From: Lophium mytilinum
Taxonomy: Eukaryota
Length of the DNA stretch: 20,000 nucleotides
NCBI GenBank assembly: GCA_010093605.1
Contig: MU004184.1
Coordinates: forward strand, 2,462,354-2,482,353
Direction: 5' to 3'
Part shown: positions 18,240-20,000 of the stretch, piece after piece
Layout: each line of letters starts with the position of its first letter
How positions within the stretch are numbered: the first letter of the stretch is position 1
Program-made: the position numbers and the translations under genes
Notes under the pieces: generated by a model
Seen by the model: only the letters and a program-made list of their open reading frames with translations
The model's database searches: none
Told to the model about the DNA's origin: nothing

Positions 18240-19644
18240 TATTACCTTCTACCTCTACTTAATCTATATAATATACTCCTCTATAGTAGTCTACTTATAG
18301 TAGTACCTATTCTACTATTTCTTCTCTATCTATCTAATCTATATAATCTATGTAATATACTTCTCTATAGTAGTCTACCTATAGTAGTATTTATTTTACT
18401 ACTCCTTCTCTATCTACTAAATCTACCTAATATTCTACTCTAGGGCGGGCTACTTATAGTAGTACTTATTCTCTTACTCCTTTAACCTCTTAACCTACTT
18501 AACTAATATAACTTTCTTATACCTAGTAGTCTACTAGTAGTAGTATATACTCTAGTAAGTTAAAAGCGGCCTAATATATACCTAAAATTTAAAGTAATAT
18601 AGAATTAATAGAAGCTATAAAGTAAGATTAAAGTAATAGTAGTAAGTATACTATTATATAGACTATTAAGAGAGTAGTAGTTAAAGAAGAAGAAGAAGTA
18701 GCTAAAGAAAGTAGAGTAAATAAAGAAGTAGCCTAAGTAGATAAAGAAGTAGAAGAGGTAGTATTAAAGTTACTATTATTTATATCTTCTATATTATCTT
18801 CTTATATACCTATATTACTACTACCTCTAGATACTAGAGAGGTATTACCCTCTCTATTACTACCTTATAGTATAGGAATACCTTAGTAAGCTATAAATAA
18901 TAATAATAAAGCTTTAGGCTAGGTTCTACCTGCTATATACTATCTCTATAAAGTATTTCTTAAACCTATAGCTATACTATATATATATATAGGTATATAT
19001 ACTATTCTTACTCTCTAGAATACTCTATAGATAGCTATAATACTATATATAAGTTTATGCGCTTAATAAACTATAGTAGCTTCTACTTCTATATAACTAG
19101 AACTAATAATATAATACTAAATACTAGCCCTTATTACTATATTACTACTCTATATACTTATATAAATAACTAATAAAGAGATTATAGTAGAATTATTCTT
19201 AGCGTAATAAAATAAGGCTATAAAAGTACTCTCTAGAATAGACGCTATAGAATAAATAGATAAGAAGAAAATGCTAGCTAATATAAGTTAGTTTATATAA
19301 CTAGCGCATAATAATAGTTAGATTTAAATAGAGTAGTACGCTACCTTATTATCTCTCCGCCTAACACTAGTAACTAAGGTTATAGAAGAGGAATTTATCT
19401 AACTTAAAAATAAGGTAGAAGTAGGTATAGATATAGATAAGGTATTAAATAATAGAGTTAAAGAGAGTAGAGAAGGTATATATATATAAAAATAGTAAGA
19501 TACTATAGATAAATTACCGGGTTTACTTAATAAAGTTACGCTAGAGAATTAAGGTAGTAGGGTAGATAATATAGCCTTAAATAGTAAAGGTAATAGCGAG
19601 ATTATAGATAAAGTTATAGATAAAATAAACCTTAATAGGTAAGT
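18240..19644 (+). pseudogene. Probable RIP-destroyed protein-coding gene (Pro-rich repeats, charged coiled coil, helical domain, intron donor)
   Basis: Repeat periods are multiples of 3 and the frame runs on into an aag/gag-rich charged stretch (~18670-18760). A second frame 19172..19638 reads protein-like (NKEIIVELFLA**NKAIKVLSRIDAIE*IDKKKMLAN...KVIEEEFI*LKNKVEVG) with only TAA/TAG stops and ends at AG|GTAAGT (19639). Boundaries are approximate. Confidence 0.4.
18261..18546 (+). repeat. Degenerate tandem repeat with 84/75/81-bp periods inside the RIP block
   Basis: aatctat(a/g)taatatact(c/t)ctctatagtagtctac(t/c)tatagtagta occurs at 18261 and 18345. The core ctac..tagtagta recurs at 18291, 18375, 18450 and 18531. 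Confidence 0.75.
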
Positions 19645-20000
19645 ATTATAAGCTCTATAGTTTATATAAAGCTAATATATATAGGTATAATAATCTATTA
19701 ATAAATACTCTATATATAGTAAGTATAATCTAATTAGTATTAGAAGTCTAGTATACTTACTATATATTTTAACTCTTTCTATTTAGATAATATAGTAGCT
19801 AATATTATAATATAGTAAGTAACTATATAATAGTTTCTTAGAGTAGATCTCTTAGCTAAGTTACTAGCTTTCTTCTAGCTTAGAACCTTCCCTTCTAATA
19901 AGAGCCTATTATAGCTAATATAGCCTTCTATCTAATAAGCTAACTAGAGCTATTATAGAGAGAGGATAATTCTAATAACTTTAATAATATTCTATAGAAA

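Larger units (their letters stand above)
16340..20000. repeat. AT-rich block mutated by repeat-induced point mutation (RIP); continues beyond the window
   Basis: There is an abrupt switch to strongly AT-rich sequence saturated with TA/TAG/CTA/TAA and nearly lacking CA and TG dinucleotides. The supplied ORF track lists nothing after 16187. This is the CpA>TpA signature of RIP, judged by eye with indices not computed. Confidence 0.92.

Noticed and set aside
16340..20000. Telomere, centromere, mitochondrial insertion or contaminant origin for the AT-rich block
   Set aside because: There is no tandem TTAGGG array and no mitochondrial gene motif. The specific CA/TG depletion fits RIP. A centromeric or subtelomeric location cannot be judged from this window.

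Overview
This is fungal (filamentous ascomycete) genomic DNA with short GT-AG introns, in three blocks. (1) 1-8785 is the right-hand end of a probable secondary-metabolite gene cluster: the 3' tip of an SDR, a 4-exon Zn(II)2Cys6 transcription factor, a 6-exon SDR, a 3-exon SnoaL/NTF2-fold protein and a divergently transcribed 8-exon cytochrome P450 resembling the CYP619 (PatH/PatI/YanC) type. No backbone synthase lies in the window. (2) 9002-16187 holds accessory-looking genes: a 756-aa orphan with a coiled coil and a Cys/His tail, a small secreted protein, and a convergent pair of F-box-like genes (one 2EXR/F-box-like with an in-frame TGA, one F-box plus ankyrin repeats). (3) From about 16340 to the end is an abruptly AT-rich, TpA-rich and CpA/TpG-poor block with the RIP signature. 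It retains fossil structure (three ~155-bp units split by intron-like spacers, a codon-phased Pro-rich repeat, ghost reading frames) that looks more like destroyed intron-containing genes than a recognisable transposon. Exon structures were derived by hand, and family assignments come from motif recognition, not database searches.
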